Assembly (NCBI RefSeq): GCF_009914755.1
Contig: NC_060937.1
Strand: one strand, 5' to 3'
DNA: 64,000 nt
Source of the DNA: the human T2T-CHM13v2.0 reference genome, Homo sapiens
Below, one piece after another: positions 19,697 through 34,299 of this stretch (the stretch's first letter is position 1; each line of letters starts with the position of its first letter). The position numbers and the translations under genes were made by a program. Under the pieces are notes generated by a model. The model made no database searches. It saw only the letters and a program-made list of their open reading frames with translations, and was not told where the DNA came from.

Positions 19697-21208
19697 GTAA
19701 GTACTTTTTTCACCTTGTGTAAATGAAATAAACAATTGTTTACACTGCAAGAAGTCTTTTCGTTATATAAAAGAATGTATAATTTCTTCAGTTGGCAGGT
19801 TTGTTTATGCATTTAAAATATAATTCAATCAAGGTTATTTATCTACAAACATTTGTGGATTAAATGTATGATGTAAAATGAAGGTCATTTTTACCCTTTC
19901 TATGATCTTTCATGCAGGAAGACTAAGAAGTGAAACATTGCTTGACCACATTCAACACAAATGGCTACAGTTAGAAAATACTTTAGCAGAACTACAAAGA
20001 GGAACTATTTGGGAGTGTTAGATATAGGGAAAAGTTTTATAAACCTAGCATATGTAAACATCATCACCCTTATTTAAGGAATAACCTTTGATTCTACCAT
20101 TTTTAAACTTTCCTTATTTGCAAATCTTAAAACAATTTCAAACAAAAGTTTCCATTACTGGAAATCAGAATTTTAATAAAGAACACTTATGTCATTTTCC
20201 AAGTTATACAGAGTGATATCATGTTAGGGTAAGTGGAATTCTATTCAAAACTACTCTGAGACTAGACAAAAAAAATAATCCAAGGATAGTAGATGGAAAG
20301 CACATTAGGAAAGAGATAAATGTTCACTAACTACTATTGGGTTGTCTTAGGTAGTTATGGTAGTGAGTGTAACATTTCCCAGTATCTGCTGCCAGATCCA
20401 TTGATAGGAAAAGGAACTGGGATTTTGAAAGAAGACAAATATTCAGGAGATAGGTGTTAAAACAATCATTCCTAGGTCACAGGACACACTAATGAGAACA
20501 ATACCAATTAAAATGAGAGGCTTTCTTTTAATACATCTTTGTAGATACTAACTTTGAAAATAAGATATTTAAAAGGATGCTTTTTTTCTATGTATTTTTT
20601 TAAAGTGTAATTAAAACTAAATAACTAAAACAAAATTTTCTAGTTATAAATGAATCTCTTTTTGGATTTTATGTCAACTTACATATTCCTATTTTAACTC
20701 TTAAATAGTTGCATCTTTTCCCCTCAGTACATGAAAATAGACAAGAGGCTCATAACCAAAATCAGGCCTTGAAGACATATGGAAACATTTTGGAACCCAC
20801 AAATATGCACTTAAAAAGGAGCTGAAAGCTGTAAAAACATGTATATTTTCTTAGAGAAGTGTTCAGTTGCTATAGTTAGTACATTTCCCAGTGACACACT
20901 TAGCTATGATGGCGAGCTTCCTCTGCCAGGCCAAAGTTCAGGACCTTTGTGCATCTACAAAATTGTGACAAAGCAGGCAGAATTTTAACCCCTGAGGCTA
21001 AGGCATTTCTTTAGGATGCTCTTCAGCTTTTCTTAAAGAATTACATTTAGAAAAGATCATCATACAATGCTGGATTGCCCAGAATGGAAGGGCATTCCAT
21101 TTTTCCAAATGTGCTTCTTTATAAAGAACTCATGCCTACCTCTAAAATCAAGTTAAGAATTTTTAAGAAATTTAATAAGTATCCCGGCTTTGTCTATATT
21201 GTAATTCA

Positions 21209-21531
<323 letters not shown>

Positions 21532-21949
21532 TCCATGCCCAGTTTAAATGAGCTATGATTTGATGTATTTGCAGTACCTGCAAGGCATCTGCAAACATAA
21601 GGGAACCTATAGCTTTGTAAAGAATACCACCACTCACTCTGGCAGATTCAGTCTGGGCCAGCCGAGTATTCTAGTCTGCTGAAGTATATGCCAAGCATCA
21701 ACCACCTCATCTCTAGAATAGTGGCCTACAAAATGGGGCATACCTGAAGTATGCAAAGTCATCTTTTGGGGTACATAAAGTAGAAGTTCTATTTATCTCA
21801 TTTTAATGTTTGCTTGGGGTATGTGTTTTATAATTTGTACATACATACGTATTTTTGTGGTACAGGCTTGGAAAAAAATTTACTCACAGGGATATATGAT
21901 TTTTAAAGATTTGGAGACCACTGTTTTTTTGGGGGGTGGGGAGGGAATT

Positions 21950-22162
21950 TTTTTTTTAATTGATATATCATAGTTATACATATTTTAGGGGTACATGTGA
22001 TGTTTTGATACGTGTACACAATGTGTAATGATCAAATCAGGGTTATTGGGATATATATCACCTCAAACATTTTTCTTTGCATTGGGAACATTACAATTCT
22101 AGCTATTTTGAAATATGCAGTAAATTAACTGTAACTCCCTACGGTACTGTCAAATACTAGAA
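21950..22162 (-). mobile_element. L1MA 3' end fragment
   Basis: GGGGTACATGTGAT...AATGTGTAATGATCAAATCAGGGT...CTAGCTATTTTGAAATAT. Confidence 0.7.
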
Positions 22163-22289
22163 TGAAGACCACTGCTTTTGCAAGGTCCTGAGCGCCATCA
22201 GTTTGACATGAGCATAATATATATGGCAGCCACTTGCCAACTTACCCAGTACCATCAATGCTGTTAACAGTTCTTCATCCTTTTTCCAG

Positions 22290-22363
22290 CTTCTACTCGA
22301 ACACGAATGCAAAAGCAGAAAATGAATGATAGCATGGATACCTCAAACAAGGAAGAGAAATGA
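22290..22363 (+). CDS. RB1: RB1 exon 27, coding part with stop codon
   Basis: cag|CTTCTACTCGA...GAGAAATGA; STRTRMQKQKMNDSMDTSNKEEK*. Confidence 0.99.
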
Positions 22364-24182
22364 GGATCTCAGGACCTTGGTGGACACTGTGTACACCTCT
22401 GGATTCATTGTCTCTCACAGATGTGACTGTATAACTTTCCCAGGTTCTGTTTATGGCCACATTTAATATCTTCAGCTCTTTTTGTGGATATAAAATGTGC
22501 AGATGCAATTGTTTGGGTGATTCCTAAGCCACTTGAAATGTTAGTCATTGTTATTTATACAAGATTGAAAATCTTGTGTAAATCCTGCCATTTAAAAAGT
22601 TGTAGCAGATTGTTTCCTCTTCCAAAGTAAAATTGCTGTGCTTTATGGATAGTAAGAATGGCCCTAGAGTGGGAGTCCTGATAACCCAGGCCTGTCTGAC
22701 TACTTTGCCTTCTTTTGTAGCATATAGGTGATGTTTGCTCTTGTTTTTATTAATTTATATGTATATTTTTTTAATTTAACATGAACACCCTTAGAAAATG
22801 TGTCCTATCTATCTTCCAAATGCAATTTGATTGACTGCCCATTCACCAAAATTATCCTGAACTCTTCTGCAAAAATGGATATTATTAGAAATTAGAAAAA
22901 AATTACTAATTTTACACATTAGATTTTATTTTACTATTGGAATCTGATATACTGTGTGCTTGTTTTATAAAATTTTGCTTTTAATTAAATAAAAGCTGGA
23001 AGCAAAGTATAACCATATGATACTATCATACTACTGAAACAGATTTCATACCTCAGAATGTAAAAGAACTTACTGATTATTTTCTTCATCCAACTTATGT
23101 TTTTAAATGAGGATTATTGATAGTACTCTTGGTTTTTATACCATTCAGATCACTGAATTTATAAAGTACCCATCTAGTACTTGAAAAAGTAAAGTGTTCT
23201 GCCAGATCTTAGGTATAGAGGACCCTAACACAGTATATCCCAAGTGCACTTTCTAATGTTTCTGGGTCCTGAAGAATTAAGATACAAATTAATTTTACTC
23301 CATAAACAGACTGTTAATTATAGGAGCCTTAATTTTTTTTTCATAGAGATTTGTCTAATTGCATCTCAAAATTATTCTGCCCTCCTTAATTTGGGAAGGT
23401 TTGTGTTTTCTCTGGAATGGTACATGTCTTCCATGTATCTTTTGAACTGGCAATTGTCTATTTATCTTTTATTTTTTTAAGTCAGTATGGTCTAACACTG
23501 GCATGTTCAAAGCCACATTATTTCTAGTCCAAAATTACAAGTAATCAAGGGTCATTATGGGTTAGGCATTAATGTTTCTATCTGATTTTGTGCAAAAGCT
23601 TCAAATTAAAACAGCTGCATTAGAAAAAGAGGCGCTTCTCCCCTCCCCTACACCTAAAGGTGTATTTAAACTATCTTGTGTGATTAACTTATTTAGAGAT
23701 GCTGTAACTTAAAATAGGGGATATTTAAGGTAGCTTCAGCTAGCTTTTAGGAAAATCACTTTGTCTAACTCAGAATTATTTTTAAAAAGAAATCTGGTCT
23801 TGTTAGAAAACAAAATTTTATTTTGTGCTCATTTAAGTTTCAAACTTACTATTTTGACAGTTATTTTGATAACAATGACACTAGAAAACTTGACTCCATT
23901 TCATCATTGTTTCTGCATGAATATCATACAAATCAGTTAGTTTTTAGGTCAAGGGCTTACTATTTCTGGGTCTTTTGCTACTAAGTTCACATTAGAATTA
24001 GTGCCAGAATTTTAGGAACTTCAGAGATCGTGTATTGAGATTTCTTAAATAATGCTTCAGATATTATTGCTTTATTGCTTTTTTGTATTGGTTAAAACTG
24101 TACATTTAAAATTGCTATGTTACTATTTTCTACAATTAATAGTTTGTCTATTTTAAAATAAATTAGTTGTTAAGAGTCTTAA
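22364..24182 (+). other. RB1: RB1 3'UTR (~1.8 kb)
   Basis: AT-rich sequence with no evident repeats from the stop to ~20 nt past AATAAA; end approximate. Confidence 0.85.
24157..24162 (+). terminator. RB1: RB1 main polyadenylation signal
   Basis: AATAAA followed by a GU-rich downstream element (TGTTGTGTTCTTTG at ~24191). Confidence 0.85.
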
Positions 24183-24489
24183 TGGTCTGATGTTGTGTTC
24201 TTTGTATTAAGTACACTAATGTTCTCTTTTCTGTCTAGGAGAAGATAGATAGAAGATAACTCTCCTAGTATCTCATCCATTCCTAGCCTTTAAGGGGCTC
24301 TATATGCTAGAGATTTCCAAATTTATTTCTTCAGCCCTGATCTTTTCACAGAGGTCAAGGCTTTTATAGCCAACAGAACTCTTGATTCCTACTCCCCTCT
24401 ACCCAATGTCTCCAAATATAAACTAAAATCAAATAAATAAAAATCTTTTTTTTCTACCCTGGTCTTTCTCCATTTTATTAAACATTTAT

Positions 24490-25560
24490 CAAGTCAAAAA
24501 CTTAGGAGCTATCTATTAATTCTTGTCTGGACCACTGCTAAAGACTTCTAACCAGTCTCCCTGTTCCCTTTCTTTCTTTACTGTCAAACTCCACAAAGAA
24601 CAAAAATGATTGTTTAAAAATATAAATTGATTCACATTGCTCTCTACTTGAAGTACTTAACAGGAATTATAAAGCCCCTACTGACTTCCCATCCTCATCT
24701 TGTAGAATTTTCTCCTTGTCACTGTGCTTTAGCCACACTGAACCTTTTTCTTTAAAATGCCAAGCCTATTCTTACCTTAGGCTTTTATATTTCTTCTTCC
24801 TTCTGCCTGGAATACTCTTTTCCCACAGTTTTGCATAGCCAGTGCCTTTCTGTCTTTCAGAACTCAGCTCAGAGGGCTTCCTTGACCACCAAGCTAAAAT
24901 CATCACTGTGTATTGTATCATTCTCCTTCAAAAGTGTAACAGCATCCATCTATGACTATTTCCCACCATCTGAAATTGCCTTTCTTGTTACCTGTCTCCC
25001 CATCCCTAGCCACTCCCCACCCCAGATTGTAACCATCAGCCTATCTATTCTTATTTACCACTTTAGGTCTAGCACCTAGAAAGTCCATCTGTAGAGTAAG
25101 AAACAGAATATATGTTTTCCATATTTTTCCAAGTATGTGACAACAAACAACACTCTCTTCCTCTTTTAAAATGCCATGTACTAGTATCTACCATATTCCA
25201 GGCACAGTTCTAAATGCTAGAGCTATAACAATGAATAAATAAAACCAAAATCCCCATCCTTGCAGAACTGACTTTCTAGTTTCAGGCAAAGAGAGCAAAT
25301 GAATGAATAAATGAGGAATACATAGTATGTGAGATTGTATTAAAGACTGCAGAGAAAAACAAAGCAAAGAGGAGGGCAAGGAAGGCTGGTAGGGAAAGGA
25401 GTTTTAAAATTTAAAAGAGAGTGATCAGGGAAAGACTTGAGTGATATTTGGGCAAAGATCTGAAGGAGACAAGAGAGTGAGCCAGACACAAACAGGAGTC
25501 AAACATTCCACAGAGAGAGGTAGGAGTATGTCTGGTGTGTTTGAAGAACGATTAGGAGGT
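24490..25560. mobile_element. L2 remnants in both orientations
   Basis: Degenerate L2 3' motifs (TTAGCCACACTG, CTGCCTGGAATACTCTT, CCAGGCACAGTTCTAAATGCT, GAGTGAGCCA). Confidence 0.5.
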
Positions 25561-25629
25561 CATAGCAAAATGGGCAGCAAGTATCTCTCTTCGTCTAATG
25601 CAAAGTATAAAAGGCCTTTATGTATATTA

Positions 25630-25950
25630 CAAGTCTATAATCCTTTATCTGTAGTTCCAAAATTGAGAAAGCTTTAAAATCCAGTGATTCTGTGTGTTTT
25701 GTGCCAAAAGTCATATGGCATCAAAACCATATGTAAACTGGCACAGAGCTATTTATAATCTTTATCATAATTGGAATATTCTCATTTCACTGCAGAAATA
25801 TTAATATGTTTGATTGGGAGCTAACCCAGACCCACCTTAGGTGTTAGGTATTATTTGGCATACGTACCATATTATCATTCTAATCATTCTAAACTCCCCC
25901 AAAATTATGAAACCCATCTGGCACCAAGGGTTTCAGACAAGGGATTATCT
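25630..25950. mobile_element. MER46/Tigger4-like DNA transposon remnant
   Basis: Degenerate inverted ends ATAATCCTTTATCTG / CAGACAAGGGATTAT. Confidence 0.5.
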
Positions 25951-26244
25951 TAAATTTATATGATTTCTCAAAAACATGGCAGATGAAATTCTTTCCTTCT
26001 GGGACAGTGACATGTTTGTTCCTGAAAGAAGAAAGGCAAAGTGCGCAGAGCAGGAAAAGCAGCAAGCATATCTCAGTAGGCTGTATTTATATTGGGCGGG
26101 GATCTTAAATGAAATGCAGTCTCTTAGGTCACGTCAAAATCAAGCAGCCTAAATGACACTAAAAAATTTTGTCTGCATGGCAGAGAATTGTTCACTTCTA
26201 GAGATGAATTTAGTATTCCAATGAATAAATACTCACTATAATAA

Positions 26245-26595
<351 letters not shown>

Positions 26596-27901
26596 TAAAG
26601 GTACAAATGGCCAGGAACAAACTAGTTATACTAGTTCTATTATCATCTGGATGGTTTCATAGAAACTTGCTTTTAGAAGTACATTTTTGTTCCTCATTTT
26701 AGGGCCAATATAGTATACATAGCATAAGTAAAGTTTCAGTAGAATTTTCCTTTGGACTAAATAGATATTTTACAGGACGACTCAAACCTTACCTCCAGAA
26801 ATATTAAATTTCCACCATAGGTGTAGCTTCTTAAATAGAAATATGGTAGCACTGTATAATATCTACGTGAGATTCAAACAAGCTCTTTTAATACACAGTA
26901 AGCATAGTCATCCATTCTCAATACTTTTTTTGTGTGTCCATTATCTTGGGACTATATATAGTAGTATTGACATATGACAATTGTCATATTAAACAATGAC
27001 AATACGAAAGGTTAAATTTACTACACAGACCAACCTCAGTTACTTCCTAAATGCAAAATGTTATTTTTAACTGAATTTACTGAGAAAATTGGTAAGCTTT
27101 GTATTTCTATGTGTTTTGACAAAGATTGAATTAAAAATAACAGTAAGATTTGATTTTTTCCTTTCTCTTCACAATTCTCCCAACTCTGTTGATGTAATAA
27201 AGGGGGGTTGCATAATAAGATAGTTAAGATTATATAGTTTGTAGTTGCATCTTTTCATTATTCTTGGTTAAGAATCCAGCCTCTAAATAAAACTCTCCAT
27301 GTTAAGGTCCAGAATGACTGGCAATTTACATGAACTATAACCTGAAGAACATACTTAACATTCTTAACCTTTGTTTTTTAAAATGAATTCAATGGCATCT
27401 TCACAAACCTCTATCAGCAGATGAGGGCACTTCTTCATTCCTATAAAATCTTAACCTTTCTCTGTGTAAATTAGTGGACAATTATTTTAGAAGCACTAAA
27501 ACATTGACTTCCTTGTGTGAGCAAGAGAGGAAACAAAACTTTTGGGAAAATCTAAGATAAACTTGTGCAAAAAAAAGGATCCATTAATTTCTAATGTAGT
27601 GTCCTTATGAAAATGTACCTTTTCTCTCATATCACTAAGGTTCTTCAAACACTCATCTGTTAGAAGGAAATTTTAAAAAGGAAATCTTTCTCCTTCCCAT
27701 AGGAGTGTCAATGGCAAGCCTATCCTCAAAGACTAGAAAGAAAGCATGTTTTTTCAGATAGATGTACCCACACCCAGGACTCATCTGTCATCTCTCAGAT
27801 CTAAAACTAGCTCTTCTTTATTGTTTGGCGTCAGAAGTTTTAAGGGCTAAACCACTAATTCTCATCCTTGGCTGAACATCAAATTACTTGTGGAGCTTTT
27901 A

Positions 27902-28572
<671 letters not shown>

Positions 28573-29139
28573 CTACACAAAACAAAGCTTAGGGAGCAAA
28601 ACGGGGTAAGAGTCCAGAGTAACAATCTGTACTCTGGCAGTATGCCTACTGACCCATGGTGGAGTGTGTAAAAGTAGTCCATTTTTCATCCCCCAGTAAA
28701 CTTATCTGTTCCCCTTTGAGTGTTCCAATTTTTATATGAAGTGAGTTCACAAAAGAAAAAGGCACTGAGGAGCTTCAGAAGACCCTGTCAGAAATAAGCA
28801 AGAAAAAGGAAGACACTGTGAAGCTATAAAAGCTTGGTCAGCTATAGCTAGCACAGGAAGGTGGGGGAGAGAGACCAAAGAAACAAAGACTGTGGTTGTC
28901 TAATGGCCAGAACAGATGCTATAGGTGCTTGCCATGTTTGAATGTTTTTTTGTTGGATAAAATAGCAAACTTATCAAAAAATGAAAACAAATGGTATAAT
29001 GCTACTTTTAAAATAACAACAGAATAAAACTATATAGTTTTAAAAACAGGATTCAGATTTAGATCTAGAGACACTCAGACTCTGCCTCTACCAGATAAAG
29101 TCTGAAGAAAAATGGTTAAGCAATTTGTTAAAGAGAAAC

Positions 29140-29870
29140 TCTGTCCATTTAGTGTTGCTGTAACAGAATAACTGAGGCTGAGTTAATTCATAAATTAGAG
29201 GGGTGTATTTGGCTCATGGTTCTGGTGGCTGGAAGCTTCAAGATTGGGCAGATGCATCTGCTGGGGACCTGGGGCTGCTTCAAGTCATGGTGGAAAGCCA
29301 AAGTGGGGCAGACGTGCACAAAGAGATCATGTGGTGAGAAACCAAGGTCGCTGAAATCCCTTTGATTTTTTAGACAGAGTCTCACTCTGTCACCAGGCTA
29401 GAGTGCAGTGGTGCCAATCTCAGCTCACTGCAACCTCCGCCTGCCAGGTTCAAGTGATTCTCTTGCCTCAGCCTCCCGAGTAGCTGGGATTACAGGTGCC
29501 CGCCACTTCACCTGGCTAATTTTTTGTATTTTTAATAGAGATGGGGTTTCACCATGTTGGCCAGGCTAGTCTTGAACTCCTGACCTTATGATTCGCCCGC
29601 CTTGGCTTCCCAAAGTGCTGCGATTGCAGGTGTGAGCCACCACACCCGGCCTGAAACCCCTTTTATAACAACTCAGTCTTGGGAACTAATTCAGTCCCAA
29701 GAGAACCAGAACCCACTCTTGCTGGAGGGCATTAATCTATTCACAATGGATCTGCCCCCAGGACCCATACACTTCCCACCAGTCCCTAAGGCCTCCCAAC
29801 ACCACCACAGTGGGGATCAAATTTCAATATGAGTTTTGGCAAAGGACAAACCACATCCAAATCATAGCAG
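29140..29870 (-). mobile_element. MST/MaLR LTR interrupted by an antisense Alu (~29365-29652)
   Basis: TGTTGCTGTAACAGAATAACTGAG...TTGGCTCATGGTTCTG...TTTCAATATGAGTTTTGG...CAAATCATAGCA. Confidence 0.7.
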
Positions 29871-29884
29871 AAATAATGGATTCA

Positions 29885-31012
29885 AAATGTGACCCAACGA
29901 AGAGAATGAAAAGACAAGCCACAAACTGGGAGAAAATATTTGCAAAAGACATATCAGATAAAGGACTGTTACCCAAAATATACAATGAACTCAAAACAAT
30001 TTTAAAAAAAGATTTAAAAATTGGCTACCAATCTGAACAGATGCCTCATCAAAGAAGATATGCAGATAGCAAATAAGCACATGAAAAAATACTCCACATC
30101 CTATGTTATCAGGGAAATGCAAATTAAAACAAAAATGAGATGGCACTATACACCTATTAGAATGGCCCAAATCTGGAACACTGACAACACCTAATGCTGG
30201 TGAGGATGTGGAGCAACTAGAACTCTCATTCACTGCTCATGGACATGAAAAACGGTACAGCCACTTTGAACTACAGTTTGACAGTTTCTTAAAAAAAAAA
30301 AAATACTCTTAACATATAATCCAGTAATCATGCTCCTTGGTATTTACCCAAAGGAGTTGAAAACTTATGTCCACACAAAAACCTGTACACAGATGTTTAT
30401 AGTAGCTTTATTTGTAATTGCCAAAACTTGGAAGAAACCAAGATGTCCTTCAGGAGGTGAATGGATAAACTGTGGTACATCCAGGCAATGGAGTATTATT
30501 CAGCACTAAAAAGAAATGAGCTATCAAGCCACGAAAAGACTTGTGGAAACTTAATTGCATATTATTAAGTGAAAAACCAATCCAAAAAGGCTATATACTG
30601 TATGATTCCAACGATAGGACATTCTGGAAAAGGCAAAACTATGGATACAGTAAAAAGATCCATGGCTGCCAGGAGTTAGGGGCAAAGGAGGAAGGGATGA
30701 ATTCCGCAGAGCTCAGAGGATTTTTAGGGCAATGAAACCACTCTCTATGATACAATAATGATGGACACAGGTCATTATACATTTGTCCAAACTCACAGAA
30801 TGTGCACCACCAACAATGGACCCTAATGTAAACTATGGACCGTGGGTGATAATGATGTGTCCAAGCAGGTTCATCAGGTATAACAAATGCACCACTCTGG
30901 TGGGGGGTGTTGACAGCAGGGAAGGCTGCGCATGTGTAGGGCATGAGGCATAAGGGAAAACTGTGTTTTCTTCACAGTTTTGCTGTGAACCTAAAACTGC
31001 TCTACAAAAATA
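29885..31012 (+). mobile_element. L1MB-like 3' fragment
   Basis: ORF2 C-terminal remnant (RQATNWEKIFA) plus 3'UTR ending GCTGTGAACCTAAAACTGCTCT. Confidence 0.8.
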
Positions 31013-31254
31013 GTCTTCAAAAAAGTCACCTCACCAATAAAGAGCAGACCAAGACAATAATATGAATGATAATTAGGTTGTTTATAAGCTATTTGTGGTC
31101 TAGGGTGGGCTTTCCTATGAGACTTTATCCGAGTAACTGCTTGATAAGAGCATAATATATCCAATTTATTTATGTACATCTAAGAGACATGAGGTTGACA
31201 TTTTATAATTTTGCTGCTGTTTTGGGATTAAAAAAAACCCCAACACATTTGTTC

Positions 31255-32399
31255 TGTTATCTGCAAATAAGCACTTTATTACCAAATAGTTCAGCATCAG
31301 AACAAGAATTCTAATTCCAAAAGGGTTTCCTTTACATTACATGACATTGTGAGATACACATTAGAAGAATCTGAGACTATGTTCCATTTCAGTTTCTCTT
31401 TTGCAATTAGGTAATTTGTTTTGATCTAAAAAGTACAAATTTATCTCATTCTTGTTAATGCTGTCCATGAAATGTAAGTATCAGTTCCTTCTCAGCTAGT
31501 GCTTTATAGTTATACTGGTGCCAGGTTAAGAGACCTATTTTATAGTGAGTGACATGAAAGTCAACTACAAGAAAAGCACATTGTCATTTTCATTTACAGA
31601 GGCAAGTCCCTCTTAACACAAAGAAAAGCAAAGGACCTTATGTGATTATGTAAGGCAGATCAGCCCAGGAATTTCATTCAAAGATAATACTTCATACTCC
31701 ATAATCCCATGTGAGAAATTAATGAATGACTCCAAGTAAAAAGAAAATTAAAATTAGCCCTTGGGCCTTGACAATTTAATTGCCAGGGCCTTTTGTCAAT
31801 TCTAAACAATGTTCTAAATTAGCCACAATTTCTCAGAATGATATACCAGAAGAATATGAACCTCAATAATTACAGGCTGTTTTAAGTTTATTTTGTGAAA
31901 GTTATTCCTTCTCCCAGTATTCCATGACTAAAGCTGTTCTCAGGACATACTGAAGATTTATAATAAATTGAGTGCCTATTATACACAAGGCACTGTGCTG
32001 AGTGCTGAAAATGTGGTAAGGACAGACAGCACTCCTTGTCAAGCTATCTATGTGGTATCAGCCAGCTGAATAATGGAACATTTGGGCCAGAATAGCATAT
32101 ACTGAGACCAGGGTACCAAAGGTGTCCAATTTAAGTGACTCAAAAAGAGGAAATGGTAAATAAGATATTTCAATTTTTTTTCCTTGACCTTAGTCACATC
32201 TGATCAGAACATTCAATGCTTTCTACATAAACTCTGGGTTTAGGCAGACAAAGACCACTCACCACCATCCTTCTTCTGACAGTTACAAGTACTCAGCCAA
32301 ACATAGCTCATCATACATACTATTAATTAAAGAGAAGTGATTCATCTCTGGCTTTTGCAGGGGAAATGGAAAGGCTCAAAAACTTTCCTGCAGATGGGA
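31255..32399 (-). other. RCBTB2: RCBTB2 3'UTR
   Basis: From the stop codon to ~20 nt beyond the minus-strand AATAAA; end approximate. Confidence 0.75.
31275..31280 (-). terminator. RCBTB2: RCBTB2 polyadenylation signal
   Basis: TTTATT on + (AATAAA on -), with downstream GU/U-rich tract (TGTGTTGGGTTTTTTTT on -). Confidence 0.75.
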
Positions 32400-32540
<141 letters not shown>

Positions 32541-34299
32541 CTAGGAACAACAACAAAGATGGTTTAATAAATTCATATTTACTAATTCAATGCAACATAG
32601 CATGAAAATCGCTAAAACAAGTTAGGCAAAGAAAAAGGATTTAATAGGCAAGTGGAGGAAATGATGGCATGGTAATACCTAAAGAATAGTCATAAAAAGT
32701 ATAACAAGTATGAATCATCTATGCTTGTAAAAATTTAAGTAGCACAGAGTAACATTCAAGTTCCTCCGCACTAACCTAGGTAAAGAATCTAACTTTTTCT
32801 TCCCAGAGATAGGCATGTGAGTGTGTGAATTCCTTGGTACCTTTGTCTAGTGACAGTATTTGTAACTGTTGATTTCACTTTCAATAATTGTTAAAAGCCC
32901 TATACTCCTCTTTTATATTTATATCAGCGTCTTTAAGTATGTCTGCCTATAAAGAGTTGATGGAAGAAAAAGGTAAGCCATAAAAAGCAGTAATGCCAAG
33001 AAATTGCTGCTCTGAAGTCATTAACAGGCCACCGCTTTTTCTCTTTATGAGACGACACAGGATGGGATGGATGGATTTGATCACACTACATATGCCTTCA
33101 ATAATCTCAACTGGGAAAATGCTTTAAAGAAATCATGACTTCCAAGTCTCTGGTAAGAGAGACCCAACAGATTGGTGTTTTCTGGCTTACTGTAATGCAC
33201 TCTGGGCCAAAGAATAATGCTGTAATAATTCTCTTGATTAGAACTATAACTTGAAAATCAGAATGAGGCTGACCAGATGCTTTTTGGCCCTGGAGAAGTG
33301 AGGGCAGGGTGCTGAGACCTCCAATATGCCTCAAACCCTAGGCTACTTGGCCTAGGACAAGATGCTGCTAGGTGGTGGTCAATTTTTAAAAGTTTCCTCT
33401 CCAAGCTACTGTAGGTAATTTATAAAAAATAAAAGCCCCAAATACTTTCTAAGCAATTACATATGAACATTACACACGATAGTCTTTTCTTCTTTAGACA
33501 TAAATTATAGCAAATGCTGAAGATGGAAAAAATAAAAAAAATAGCAATGCTGATAGCCTTGCCAATGTACATATAAACCTACGGTACATTTTCTTTTAAG
33601 AAAAGAAAGAAACTATACTAGGAAAATGTTTATTTCATGCCTGAAGATAACTGGGCAGGCTGTTGGTACCACACCAGCAATATGATGTGTCTCTGTCCCA
33701 GGTAAGCCCTCAGTGATAAACAGGGAAAATTCACACACCCACTTGTCATCACAGCATACTATACATAAAAATGTGCTTCAATGATACATGCTGAATATCT
33801 CAGAGTCCATTTAAAATTATGTGCTGTTGCTTAAATTTTTAGAAATGACATTTTTGCCTACAGCACACAAAAGTGAAACCAGATAGAGATGCATCATCTC
33901 TTTGGCTGAAGTCTACAGAGAGGAATGGAGGAATTCATACCTACACCACACACATTAGAGTGTGTCTGGAGTTAGGTGGCTGGGCAGTTTGATGCCTCAC
34001 AGATCTGGACAGCATCAGGAAAATTGCTAATTAATGGGAGAATGAAAGGACCCTAAAAAGTTATCACTTGGATCCATGCTCCTTTACTTTATTCTAGAGT
34101 GGGATCTTCCCCTAAATACTAAATTAAGGACAGGACTTGGAAAGAGTTCCTGTGATTCTAAGAATTCAATAAATTGGCATAGGGTGGTGGTACTGGTTAT
34201 AGGGGAATTCTGTCCATAGAAAACAAGGCCCCCATTATTTTTCAGTTAAAGAATTGTAGTCTATTTTGAATGCTACCACTCTGTATGGCTTCATGTTCA

